Source: Bacteroidales bacterium
Lineage (GTDB): Bacteria; Bacteroidota; Bacteroidia; Bacteroidales; UBA10428
Length of the DNA stretch: 64,000 bases
Reading direction: 5' to 3'
Assembly (NCBI GenBank): GCA_016930375.1
Contig: JAFGGU010000096.1
Location: forward strand, 3,981-67,980
In this document: in pieces, positions 7,342 through 16,017 of the stretch
Layout of the letters: every line of letters starts with the position of its first letter
Numbering within the stretch: position 1 is the stretch's first letter
Translations under genes and position numbers: made by a program
The notes under the pieces: generated by a model
Database searches by the model: none
Told to the model about the DNA's origin: nothing
The model's input: the letters and a program-made list of their open reading frames with translations, nothing else

Positions 7342-8988
7342 TTACTGGTTTATTTCTTGCACAAGAGTCATTTTGTGTAGTTTATTATTAAGCAGTTGGT
7401 AGCTGTGACCATTGAATCCTGTTACGGTATAAAAATCATACTTGTTAAATAATGTGGTTATCACTATTCGGGTGATTCTCTCATGATGTATTTTCGGGAT
7501 AAGTTTTTCCAAGTTTGCATGGTCAGATATACTGCTTTTTTTTATCTCCACTGATAATATGAAAGTCTTAATGAGCCTTTTATATAATTCTATACCCATG
7601 TCATACCTTTCAGTAAGGGACTTTACACCATAAGTGTTTATCTGGTCTACAAATTGTTCAACATTTAACATTGCATCAGATGTGCTCGACTGGTTTAATG
7701 TAGATTCATTTATTAGTAGCTGATTCAATCTGTTGCTATTAATTATTATACCGTCTTCGATTTTATTTTTCTGGGACAGATATTCTGCCTCATCGATAAC
7801 ATTGCTTACCACAAGCTCAGTAAGTCTCTTAGTTTTGTTGCTGCTCTTTTCGATTTCAGCTTTTAATATGTCTATTTCCCGTCTGATGTTGCTCAATTCA
7901 TGATTCCTGCTTTTATTGAATTTACTTATATGTTTTTCTTTGTGAATACGCTTGGAGAATTCAACCAGCAAAGCAAATAACGCATAGTAGACCATTGAGT
8001 TTAACAGATTAATGCCAATGCTATTATTTCCGCAGCTTTCTGTAAGCTGTCCTAATGTTGCTTTGCGATTGCTCATGCATTTATATGCAAAATCCTTTCT
8101 GGATTTTCTTGCATGTATAAAATATCCTGAACCACATTCACCACATACAACCAAACCACTGAGATAATTCTGAAATATTGCCTTGTCTTTGTTCAAGTTG
8201 CTGTTCTTCTTAAATATTTGCTGCGCTGTCAAATAGTCGCTTTTACTTACTATAGCAGGGACTTCAACGAAACCAAAATTATACTTTCGTTGTCCGAAAT
8301 ACATAGTATTGTGTAAAATATCACGAACCTGTACATCATTCCACTTAACATCCTTTTTAGTAGGAATATTGGTTAGATTTAAGTGCTTTGAAATTGACGG
8401 AGAAGCCATACCACCAATAAATAACTTATATATTTCTTTTACTATTTCGGCTTCGTTGGCATCAACTACTATTTTACCGTTGAGGTTAGTATATCCATAT
8501 GGGGACAAGCTAAAAGCACCGCCACTTTTCAGATGATGGTGCAAACCTCTTTTGCTTCGGTCAATTATAGTCGTTCTCTCATACTGTGCCACACTTCCCA
8601 TAATACCTAAAATCATATTTGCAGTATTATTTATGGTCTTGTCATCATTCAATGTACTTATGTTTTCTTTCTTGGCATATACATTTATACGTTTTTCAGT
8701 CAGTAATTCGATGGTGGTAAGTACGTCTTTCAGATTTCTGCCCAAACGACTTAATTCCCAGACGATTAAATTGTCAACAGGATGTGTTTCAATAAAGTTT
8801 AATAGCTCCTTAAAGGCTAATCTGTCACTGGCTTTGGTTTTTCCACTGATTATTTCGTCAAATACTCCTAATACACTATATTTCATGTATTTAGCATAGT
8901 TCTTTAGGTCATCAATCTGAGATTTATTGCTCTGGTGTTCTGTGGAGACACGAGAGTAAATGACACAAGTACCAGAAGCAGTCTTCAT
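7342..8988 (-). CDS. Large serine recombinase (integrase)
   Basis: 548 aa. The N-terminal resolvase catalytic motif is VIYSRVSTEHQ. Downstream lie a recombinase domain, a zinc-ribbon-like CGECGSGY...C...C segment and a coiled-coil-like region. The gene sits at the extreme edge of the island. Confidence 0.9.
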   Translation of the reverse strand: MKTASGTCVIYSRVSTEHQSNKSQIDDLKNYAKYMKYSVLGVFDEIISGKTKASDRLAFKELLNFIETHPVDNLIVWELSRLGRNLKDVLTTIELLTEKRINVYAKKENISTLNDDKTINNTANMILGIMGSVAQYERTTIIDRSKRGLHHHLKSGGAFSLSPYGYTNLNGKIVVDANEAEIVKEIYKLFIGGMASPSISKHLNLTNIPTKKDVKWNDVQVRDILHNTMYFGQRKYNFGFVEVPAIVSKSDYLTAQQIFKKNSNLNKDKAIFQNYLSGLVVCGECGSGYFIHARKSRKDFAYKCMSNRKATLGQLTESCGNNSIGINLLNSMVYYALFALLVEFSKRIHKEKHISKFNKSRNHELSNIRREIDILKAEIEKSSNKTKRLTELVVSNVIDEAEYLSQKNKIEDGIIINSNRLNQLLINESTLNQSSTSDAMLNVEQFVDQINTYGVKSLTERYDMGIELYKRLIKTFILSVEIKKSSISDHANLEKLIPKIHHERITRIVITTLFNKYDFYTVTGFNGHSYQLLNNKLHKMTLVQEINQ

Positions 8989-9011
8989 ATTGTAAATGGT
9001 TTATTCATATG

Positions 9012-9019
9012 CAAATGTA
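9012..9019 (-). promoter_or_regulatory. Candidate -7 element (TACATTTG on the minus strand) for the recombinase gene
   Basis: The reverse complement of 9012-9019 is TACATTTG (TAnnTTTG), 23 nt upstream of the recombinase ATG and within the last ~40 nt of the island. Confidence 0.3.
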
Positions 9020-9053
9020 ATAAAACACCACACATAAAAAAAATAATACAGAT

Positions 9054-9752
9054 GTGGCCCTGGTAGGAGGGGGATCCTACCCTCAACCCGGGGAAATTTC
9101 CCTGGCCCATAACGGTGTGCTTTTTCTCGACGAATTGCCGGAATTCAAGCGGTCGGTGCTCGAAGTTATGCGTCAGCCGCTGGAGGACCGGAACATCACC
9201 ATCTCCCGGTCGAAATTCAGTATTGAATACCCTGCCTCATTTATGTTGATCGCGAGCATGAATCCTTGTCCCTGCGGCTTTTACAACCATCCGGAAAAGG
9301 ACTGCGTATGTTCATCCGGCGTGGTGCAGAAATACCTGAACCGCATTTCGGGACCGCTGCTCGACCGCATCGACATTCATATTGAGGTAGTGCCGGTACC
9401 TTTTGACAAGCTTTCGGAGCTGAAACCTTCGGAATCCAGCGAAGATGTTCGTTACCGGGTGATAAAGGCCCGGAAGATCCAGCACGAACGCTATAAGAGC
9501 AATGACGGGATACATTGCAATGCCCAACTCACGCCGGCCCTGATGCGGGAGCATTGCCAGATCAGTCAGGAAGGCAGCCTGCTTCTCAAAAATGCCATGG
9601 AAAAGCTGGGCCTTTCAGCCCGCGCCTATGACCGGATCATTAAAGTTTCCCGCACCGTAGCAGACCTGGAAGAGAGCACGAATATCGAACCGCATCACCT
9701 GGCAGAGGCGATCAATTACAGGAGCCTGGACAGGGAGAGCTGGGCGGGGTAA
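9054..9752 (+). pseudogene. comM: 3' fragment of comM/yifB (Mg-chelatase-like AAA+ competence protein) truncated by the island insertion
   Basis: Translation begins mid-protein at (D)[31 protein letters not shown]... and continues through the conserved C-terminal half to a normal stop. The N-terminal ~280 aa (Lon-like and Walker A parts) are absent. The GTG at 9054 is an ORF-caller artefact rather than a real start. Confidence 0.85.
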
Positions 9753-9785
9753 CAACCCTTCAAGCGGTCCTTAGACCCTTGAAGG

Positions 9786-9926
9786 GTGAGATGGGGAGAT
9801 GGGGAGAGTGGGAGATAGGGTGAAAAGGTGACAAGGAGAAAAGGTGAAGAGGTGATTAGGTGATTAGGTGATTAGGTGATTAGGTGATTAGGTGATTAGG
9901 TGATTAGGTGATTAGGTGATTAGGTG
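9786..9926 (+). repeat. Purine-rich 8-nt-period tandem array ending in 9.5 perfect copies of GGTGATTA (9851-9926)
   Basis: Read directly. Degenerate units (aaaaggtg, acaaggag, aagaggtg) resolve into perfect GGTGATTA units. The array begins ~35 nt after the comM stop. Confidence 0.9.
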
Positions 9927-9989
9927 GGGAGGCAGTTCTTTGTCTTGTCAGAAAATAGTACTATCTTGGAACAAAAACAGGGCAGGCGT

Positions 9990-10424
9990 ATGAATACTAA
10001 ACCGGAACTCATTGAGGCCATTTTGTTGGTATATATCAAATCGGAAATAAAAAATGTAATCATACATCATGAGGAGTATGTAAAAACGGATTTTGAGAAC
10101 TGCAAAGAATACCAGGTATTCAATAAAACGCTCAAGGAAAAGGATATTCTTGCCTATCATTCCACATCCAATGTATATGAAGCATTTTCTCAGAGTATGC
10201 ATGAATTCGGCTGGCCTGAAATCAGGTTCATATTTCTGCAATATAAACTTGATAACAACTCATACCTTAAATTGAAGCTTCGTCCGATCGCAGTTGATGA
10301 ATCATTATCACCACAATGGCAGGTGTATGGCAGGAGTATTCCCTTCTTTACATTTACGGCAAGTACGAATAAAGATGATTTTATGGATACTTTCGAGAAA
10401 CAACTCATCGAGTTTCTAAAGTGA
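9990..10424 (+). CDS. Hypothetical protein (AT-rich orphan ORF)
   Basis: The ORF track starts at 9924 inside the repeat array. The ATG at 9990 (MNTKPELIE...) is the more plausible start. I recognised no motif. Confidence 0.4.
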   Translation: MNTKPELIEAILLVYIKSEIKNVIIHHEEYVKTDFENCKEYQVFNKTLKEKDILAYHSTSNVYEAFSQSMHEFGWPEIRFIFLQYKLDNNSYLKLKLRPIAVDESLSPQWQVYGRSIPFFTFTASTNKDDFMDTFEKQLIEFLK

Positions 10425-10451
10425 TATTTGCGGATATTTCATGACCAGGTT

Positions 10452-11324
10452 TTAAAGAAAAGCATTCAGGATAAACAACGCCATCACCAGCAAACCAAAT
10501 GCATTTACCATGATATAAGCCGTTCTCAGGGCGTTTGAGCTGTATTGCCTGAAGAGCAGCCGGTAGAACAAGAGGATAAAAGCCGCATTGACCGGTATCA
10601 GGACAGCATTCAGATATGCGTTAAAAACAAGTCCTCTTACACTGAAAACAACCAATAAGGATGTTGTACATACGATCCAGCCGAAAACAAGATATTTGAT
10701 CTGTGCATCCGATACCTTGCTGGAAAATGTTTTAAATCCCGCTTTTTGATAGTCATCGCGGTACTTAACCAGGATCAGCCAGAAGTGAGGAAGTTGCCAT
10801 AAAAACAGGAAGGTGGCAAATAAAACAATTTCAGCTTTCGGCGTAATTCCACCTGCAGCCGTGAAACCGATTAAAGGCGGAATGGCTCCCACAGCAGATC
10901 CGGGAATTACGGCCAGGGATGTGATTCTTTTCAGGCGGGTGTAAATAAGGTTATACAGGAGTATATTTAAAAGTCCCAACATTGCAGGTATAATTCCGAT
11001 GAACAGTAGCAACCCGATCCCGGTTGTTATGAGTGCGATGGAAATAGCCAGGGCGGTCGGCGGTTTTATTTTACCCAGCGGAAGAGGTCTTTTCCCGGTA
11101 CGTCCCATGAGGATGTCCAGATCTTTCTCATCATACTGGTTTAATGCAGAGGCTCCTGCTGCCAGTAGGAAAACACCGGTGATGAGCAGAACCAGGGATG
11201 CTTCCACCCTGGCAGTAAATATAAAATACCCGGTAACCGCAGACAGTGTCACTGCCGCTGAAAGCCTGAACCTGACCAGTTCAGTCACGGTCAACAATTT
11301 AGCGCCTGTTTTCAGGCTATTCAT
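10452..11324 (-). CDS. ctaB: Protohaem IX farnesyltransferase (haem O synthase), UbiA family
   Basis: 290-aa polytopic protein with the NQYDEKDLDILMGRT (NxxxDxxxD) prenyltransferase motif. It is the last gene of the oxidase operon and overlaps coxII by 8 nt. Confidence 0.85.
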   Translation of the reverse strand: MNSLKTGAKLLTVTELVRFRLSAAVTLSAVTGYFIFTARVEASLVLLITGVFLLAAGASALNQYDEKDLDILMGRTGKRPLPLGKIKPPTALAISIALITTGIGLLLFIGIIPAMLGLLNILLYNLIYTRLKRITSLAVIPGSAVGAIPPLIGFTAAGGITPKAEIVLFATFLFLWQLPHFWLILVKYRDDYQKAGFKTFSSKVSDAQIKYLVFGWIVCTTSLLVVFSVRGLVFNAYLNAVLIPVNAAFILLFYRLLFRQYSSNALRTAYIMVNAFGLLVMALFILNAFL

Positions 11325-12237
11325 GCAAGGTTTTTAAATAATCGTTTATTTTTTTCAGGTCTTCTTCTTTCAGCACATCCGTATATGACTTCATGAGGCC
11401 CTTATTATATCCTGCTGCTATTTCAGCATCGGGAGAATAAACTGACCTGGAGATGAAAGCATCATCAGCAATTACTTTCGTTTCCGTATTATTGGCGATC
11501 ACGGTTCTTTCACTTCCGTAAAAATCTTTAAAGGTGGGTCCCACGAGTTTGGATCCGTCGATCGAGTGACAGGCCAGGCAACCGGTATTCCGCAACACGA
11601 TGAGGCCTTCAGCCTCCGGTATTTTACTTGCCTTTTCAAGATCGGCATACCATTTTTCATATTCTTCCTGGTCCACCACCCTTACTTTTGACATCATATT
11701 GGAATGCAGTAATCCGCAGTATTGTGTGCACAGGATCTCATAATTGCCGATATACTGGGGAATAAACCACATGTAATTATTGTAGCCCGGCACAACGTCT
11801 TCCTTGACACGAAAGGCAGGGATGAAGAAACCGTGGTTGACATCCTCTGAGACCAGATCGAGTCGCACAGCTTTGTTAAGGGGGATTACAAGTTCTTTGG
11901 ATGTCATGCCGTTGCCGTAATCAAAGATCCATTCCCACATTTTGCCGATGACCTTCACCTGCATGGCGTCCGGCGGTGCTTTTCGCATGGGGGCAAAAGC
12001 AATCCAGCCGTAATAAAACATAAGCAGGACCAGGATAATGGGAATCACGGTCCATATTATCTCAAGTTTAATATTGTCAGTGAATTGCATGGCTTTCAGT
12101 CCTTTCTTTCTCCTGAAGCGGACGAGGGTATACACGATAAACACGGAGATGCCGATAAGAAAGATCAGGGATATAATGATGATAAACGCAAATACTTTGT
12201 CTACCCCGGCTGATACATTTGATGCTTCTGAAAACAT
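11317..12237 (-). CDS. ctaC: Cytochrome c oxidase subunit II fused to a cytochrome c domain (caa3-type)
   Basis: Two N-terminal TM segments. CuA ligands are H...CTQYCGLLHSNM. A C-terminal CLACH haem-binding motif is present. Confidence 0.9.
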   Translation of the reverse strand: MFSEASNVSAGVDKVFAFIIIISLIFLIGISVFIVYTLVRFRRKKGLKAMQFTDNIKLEIIWTVIPIILVLLMFYYGWIAFAPMRKAPPDAMQVKVIGKMWEWIFDYGNGMTSKELVIPLNKAVRLDLVSEDVNHGFFIPAFRVKEDVVPGYNNYMWFIPQYIGNYEILCTQYCGLLHSNMMSKVRVVDQEEYEKWYADLEKASKIPEAEGLIVLRNTGCLACHSIDGSKLVGPTFKDFYGSERTVIANNTETKVIADDAFISRSVYSPDAEIAAGYNKGLMKSYTDVLKEEDLKKINDYLKTLHE

Positions 12238-12258
12238 ATCCTTTGGTTTTAATCCGTT

Positions 12259-12543
12259 TTACCTGAATAGATAGTCGAAAAAAGTAATGATGATGACCAG
12301 TGCAAAAAGCACAAAAACACCTGCCACCGCCAGTTTTAAAAAGAGGTTCTCCGATCGGAGGTGCATAAAAACAGCCAGCACGAATGCCACCTTGATGGAT
12401 GCGATTAAGAGAGCAAGGGCCACGGTAAAAGCGCCTAGGTGGATTCCGGTGACTGCTACAGAAAGTGTCGTTAGTGCCAGCAATCCAATGAGAACAATGG
12501 CGTAGGTCAGATACCCTGTGCTATGTGTTTCTTGGTTTTTCAT
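12259..12543 (-). CDS. Cytochrome c oxidase subunit IV (small prokaryotic type)
   Basis: 94-aa hydrophobic protein with three TM-like segments, lying between the subunit III and subunit II genes. Confidence 0.65.
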   Translation of the reverse strand: MKNQETHSTGYLTYAIVLIGLLALTTLSVAVTGIHLGAFTVALALLIASIKVAFVLAVFMHLRSENLFLKLAVAGVFVLFALVIIITFFDYLFR

Positions 12544-12554
12544 GGGCGGATATA

Positions 12555-13169
12555 TCAGGATACGAGATACAATAAGGGGAAAAGGAAGATCCAGATCAGG
12601 TCCACCAGGTGCCAGTATAACCCGGAGTTTTCGAGCAGGAGATAATTTTCCCGGTGAATAATGCCTTTCTTTACTTTTACCAGGTTGATGGTCAGGAGGA
12701 TCATTCCGATAAAAACATGCAGGGCGTGCAATCCGGTCATCATGAAATACAGTCCGAAAAATAGCAATTCGCCCCGCGGCATATTTTTCAGCACTTCGGA
12801 TCCGGGATAAACCTTATAGGCAAATTCGTGCGACCATTCGATGTATTTATCCACCATGAATAGTCCTGCCAGAATGAGTGTTATGAGAATGAGCATGAAG
12901 GCCAGGGTCCGGTTATTTTTCTGAATAGCGGTAATGGACATGGCAACCGTCATGCTGCTGGTGAGCAGGAAAACCGTGTTAAGGGTTCCGATGAATGTAT
13001 TCAGTTCCGATGCAGCTTCATGAAAATCAGCTGAATATGTTGCCCGGAATACAGCATAAACCAGGAATAACCCACCGAATAAAAACAATTCCGTGAACAG
13101 GAAAATCCACATGCCGAGTTTTCCGGCTTCCCTGTCATAATGTTCCGAATGAACTGCATGATCACTCAT
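12555..13169 (-). CDS. ctaE: Cytochrome c oxidase subunit III
   Basis: 204-aa polytopic protein with a subunit-III-like sequence (GLHALHVFIG, WHLVDLIW). Confidence 0.85.
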   Translation of the reverse strand: MSDHAVHSEHYDREAGKLGMWIFLFTELFLFGGLFLVYAVFRATYSADFHEAASELNTFIGTLNTVFLLTSSMTVAMSITAIQKNNRTLAFMLILITLILAGLFMVDKYIEWSHEFAYKVYPGSEVLKNMPRGELLFFGLYFMMTGLHALHVFIGMILLTINLVKVKKGIIHRENYLLLENSGLYWHLVDLIWIFLFPLLYLVS

Positions 13170-13180
13170 ATACCTGAGGG

Positions 13181-14806
13181 CTATTTTTCATTTTTACTTT
13201 CTCCGAAAAAATAGGGTCTTCTTTTGATCTCGGGGATTATATCAAAATTCTCCAGCGGAGGTGGTGACGGGATCTGCCATTCCAGGGTTACGCCTTTCCA
13301 GGGATTGGCCGGAGCGGTTTTCCCTTTTTTGCGTGTGGCAAGCAGGTTAATCAGCATCATCAGCAGTCCGGTTACCAGGATATAGGATCCTATGGTGGAA
13401 AGAACCTGGCCGGTTTTGAACTGCGGGAGGTAATCGAAATATCTCCTGGGCATACCCTGCATGCCGATCACCAGCTGTGGGAAGTAGAACAGGTTAAAAC
13501 CCGTGAAAATGACTACCCAGGCAATATTGGCAAACCGGATGTTGTACATTTTACCGAACATTTTGGGGTACCAGTAATGGATGCCGGCAAAGGCTGCAAA
13601 TCCCATACCGCCGAATATGATATAATGAAAATGGGCCACGACAAACGCAGTATCATGCACCTGGATGTTGGTGGCCAGGGCACCCTGTATAAGTCCGGTG
13701 AGACCGCCGATCATGAACAGAAAAATGAATCCGACGGCATAAAGCAGGGGCGGTTTAAGGTCGATGGATCCGCCATACATGGTGGCCACCCAGTTAAACA
13801 CTTTAATGGCGCTCGGAACGGCAACCAGAAAAGTAAGCAGTGAAAAAAACAACCTGGAGAAATAGCTGGTCCCGGAAGTAAACATATGATGGCCCCACAC
13901 AAAATATCCGATAAAGGCAATGGTGAGGCTTGATATGGCTATGGCGGTGTAGCCGAAAACCGGTTTCTGACTGAAGGTTGGAAAGATTTCCGTAACAACT
14001 CCCATGGCGGGCAGGATCATTATATATACTGCCGGGTGAGAGTAGATCCAGAACAGGTGCTGGAAAAGGATGGGATCTCCTCCCAGCGCAGGATCAAAGA
14101 AACCGATGCTGAAGGCTCTTTCTGCAACCACCATGAGCAGCGTAATGCCGATAATGGGGGTTGCCAGTACCTGTATCCAGGCGGTGGCATAAATCGACCA
14201 GGGGAACAGGGGCATTCTCATAAAGGTCATACCCGGAGCCCGCATCCGGTGAATCGTAACGATAAAATTGATACCGGTCAGGATGGATGAAAATCCCAGG
14301 ATAAAGGCGGCTGTGAGCGCAAAAATCACATTGGTGGAGGACTCTACGCTGTAAGGCACATAAAAACTCCAGCCGGTATCCGGAGGACCGTCTCCCAAAA
14401 ATTGGGAAAGAACCGCCATGATGGCACCCAGCAGGAAAAGATAGAACGAGAGGAGGTTGAGTTTGGGGAAGGCAACATCTTTGGCCCCAATGAGTATGGG
14501 CAGGAAAAAGTTCCCGAAAACGACTGAAAGACCCGGAATGACGATAATGAAAATCATGATGATACCATGAACCGTGAAGAGACCATTGTAGGTCTGGGGG
14601 CTCATGATGGTTTCGCCCGGAGCAATCAGCTCGGTCCTCATTAGCAGGCCGAGGGAAACCGCAATAAAAAAGAATGTTGCAATAACATAAAAATACATTA
14701 GTCCAATTCGCTTATGGTCTGTGGATAGCAGCCATGCCAATAATCCCCTGTACTTACCCTGCTGGTCGAGGTAGCTGATATAGTGATCGCCTTCCTGGTT
14801 TGCCAT
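13181..14806 (-). CDS. ctaD: Cytochrome c oxidase subunit I (haem-copper oxidase)
   Basis: 541 aa with canonical blocks: GHPEVY-like WIYSHPAVYIMILPAMG; WGHHMF; VVAHFHYIIFGG. Confidence 0.95.
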   Translation of the reverse strand: MANQEGDHYISYLDQQGKYRGLLAWLLSTDHKRIGLMYFYVIATFFFIAVSLGLLMRTELIAPGETIMSPQTYNGLFTVHGIIMIFIIVIPGLSVVFGNFFLPILIGAKDVAFPKLNLLSFYLFLLGAIMAVLSQFLGDGPPDTGWSFYVPYSVESSTNVIFALTAAFILGFSSILTGINFIVTIHRMRAPGMTFMRMPLFPWSIYATAWIQVLATPIIGITLLMVVAERAFSIGFFDPALGGDPILFQHLFWIYSHPAVYIMILPAMGVVTEIFPTFSQKPVFGYTAIAISSLTIAFIGYFVWGHHMFTSGTSYFSRLFFSLLTFLVAVPSAIKVFNWVATMYGGSIDLKPPLLYAVGFIFLFMIGGLTGLIQGALATNIQVHDTAFVVAHFHYIIFGGMGFAAFAGIHYWYPKMFGKMYNIRFANIAWVVIFTGFNLFYFPQLVIGMQGMPRRYFDYLPQFKTGQVLSTIGSYILVTGLLMMLINLLATRKKGKTAPANPWKGVTLEWQIPSPPPLENFDIIPEIKRRPYFFGESKNEK

Positions 14807-14807
14807 A

Positions 14808-15596
14808 TTACTGAGTTGATTTGTTTCTTCTTTTTTTACGAATGATCAGTGGTATAAAAATCGCCAAAGCTGCAAGGAGAATAAAACTGCCGAAGATCCG
14901 CGTAACCTGAAGCGAATAGGTTTTACTTGTAGGGTTATAGGCAAAGCAATACTCAAGTACTTTATTGATGCTTGGCCTGGCGATTCCTTTTTGCGCTTCG
15001 ATGATGGCCATTTTAACATCAAAAGGGAGGTAAATAAGACCGTAAAGATAACGGGTGATTTTCCCCGACGGGCTCAGGACCATAATTACCGAAGGATGCG
15101 CAAAATCAAGTCCCTGCGGTTTATATTTATATCCTGCAGCAGCTGTGATGGCTGAAATGCTTTCCTGGGTGCCGGTAAGATAGATCCAGCTATCCTGGTT
15201 TTCTTTGCTGATGTTCTGGACAAAATTCCGTTTTTTCTCCAGGGCTTTCTCGGGCGTATCACTGGTATTAAAACTTATGGTAATGATCTGGTAATCTTTG
15301 CCAAGCTCCATTGTAAGTTTGCCAACCATATCGGAAACTCCTGAGAGCAAAGGGCTGCAGAGGCCCGGACAGTCGAAATACACGAAGCACATAATGGTAG
15401 GTCTGTCTATCAATTGCCGGAGTGAAACCAGTTCGTTCTTTTCATTGAAGAAAGTCAGGTCCAGCGGTATAGTATCGCCAAGTTTTTCAACTACCCCTAT
15501 GTCGATTTCCCGGGTCAGGTTGCTTCCGTCGGAAAATTGCTGGGCATTCACAAAGAGCGGGGCAGCAGCCAGAAAAAGGATCAGTAAAATTTTCAT
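14808..15596 (-). CDS. SCO1/SenC-family copper chaperone
   Basis: It has a signal peptide, a thioredoxin-like CPGLC motif (FVYFDCPGLCSP) and a C-terminal TM segment. It lies 1 nt upstream of coxI. Confidence 0.7.
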   Translation of the reverse strand: MKILLILFLAAAPLFVNAQQFSDGSNLTREIDIGVVEKLGDTIPLDLTFFNEKNELVSLRQLIDRPTIMCFVYFDCPGLCSPLLSGVSDMVGKLTMELGKDYQIITISFNTSDTPEKALEKKRNFVQNISKENQDSWIYLTGTQESISAITAAAGYKYKPQGLDFAHPSVIMVLSPSGKITRYLYGLIYLPFDVKMAIIEAQKGIARPSINKVLEYCFAYNPTSKTYSLQVTRIFGSFILLAALAIFIPLIIRKKRRNKSTQ

Positions 15597-15615
15597 CGTA
15601 AAATGAGTTTGAATG

Positions 15616-16017
15616 TTAAAGTTTATTTTCCATGCTCAAACCAGCTATCATAAGGGATCCACCCATCAGGGAAACATCTTTGAGCAGGGCTATCATTGTT
15701 ACCTCAACATCTTTCTGATTGATCAGGTTTGGAATGTGAATGGTAACAATAAAAATGAAAAGAAGAAAAGCCAGTGAAAACGAAGTAAGGGCAATATATT
15801 TCTTGGAAATAATACTTATACAAGCTACAATCATACAGAAGCCCGTAAGCAGAACAGTAAATCCACCTCCCGGGATAAACGAGGTGAGCTGCCCGATATA
15901 GAAATCCTGCATGATGAAATGGTTGATCCCGAAAATTCCGAAGGGAAGGGCATAAAAAATCCGCCCTAAAGTATTTACATTTTTCATAGTGTTTGGTTTA
16001 TGTGTCATCTTCAACAC
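15616..16017 (-). CDS. DoxX-like small membrane protein
   Basis: 133 aa with four hydrophobic segments and a DoxX-like N-terminus (LGRIFYALPFGIFGINHF). It abuts the upstream cytochrome c gene with no gap. Confidence 0.45.
   Translation of the reverse strand: MLKMTHKPNTMKNVNTLGRIFYALPFGIFGINHFIMQDFYIGQLTSFIPGGGFTVLLTGFCMIVACISIISKKYIALTSFSLAFLLFIFIVTIHIPNLINQKDVEVTMIALLKDVSLMGGSLMIAGLSMENKL

Larger units (their letters stand above)
1..9053. mobile_element. Right-hand portion of an integrated mobile element (integrative/mobilisable island) inserted in comM; left end lies outside the window
   Basis: There is an abrupt switch from AT-rich, Asn/Lys/Ile-rich coding to higher-GC host DNA at ~9050. 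A terminal large serine recombinase gene points outward next to the junction. The cargo is defence/replication genes. The host comM reading frame starts mid-protein at the junction. Confidence 0.8.

Noticed and set aside
9054-9056. GTG proposed by the ORF track as the start of a 232-aa protein.
   Set aside because: The translation is the uninterrupted middle-to-end of ComM/YifB. The upstream in-frame codon still encodes the conserved Asp of ...DVALVGGG. This is an internal fragment created by the insertion, not an independent gene start.
9786-9926. Considered whether this tandem array, and those at 28631-28690 and 46563-46610, could be CRISPR arrays.
   Set aside because: The units are 7-8 nt and strictly contiguous, with no unique spacers. 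No cas genes or leader are nearby. They are microsatellite-like tandem repeats.
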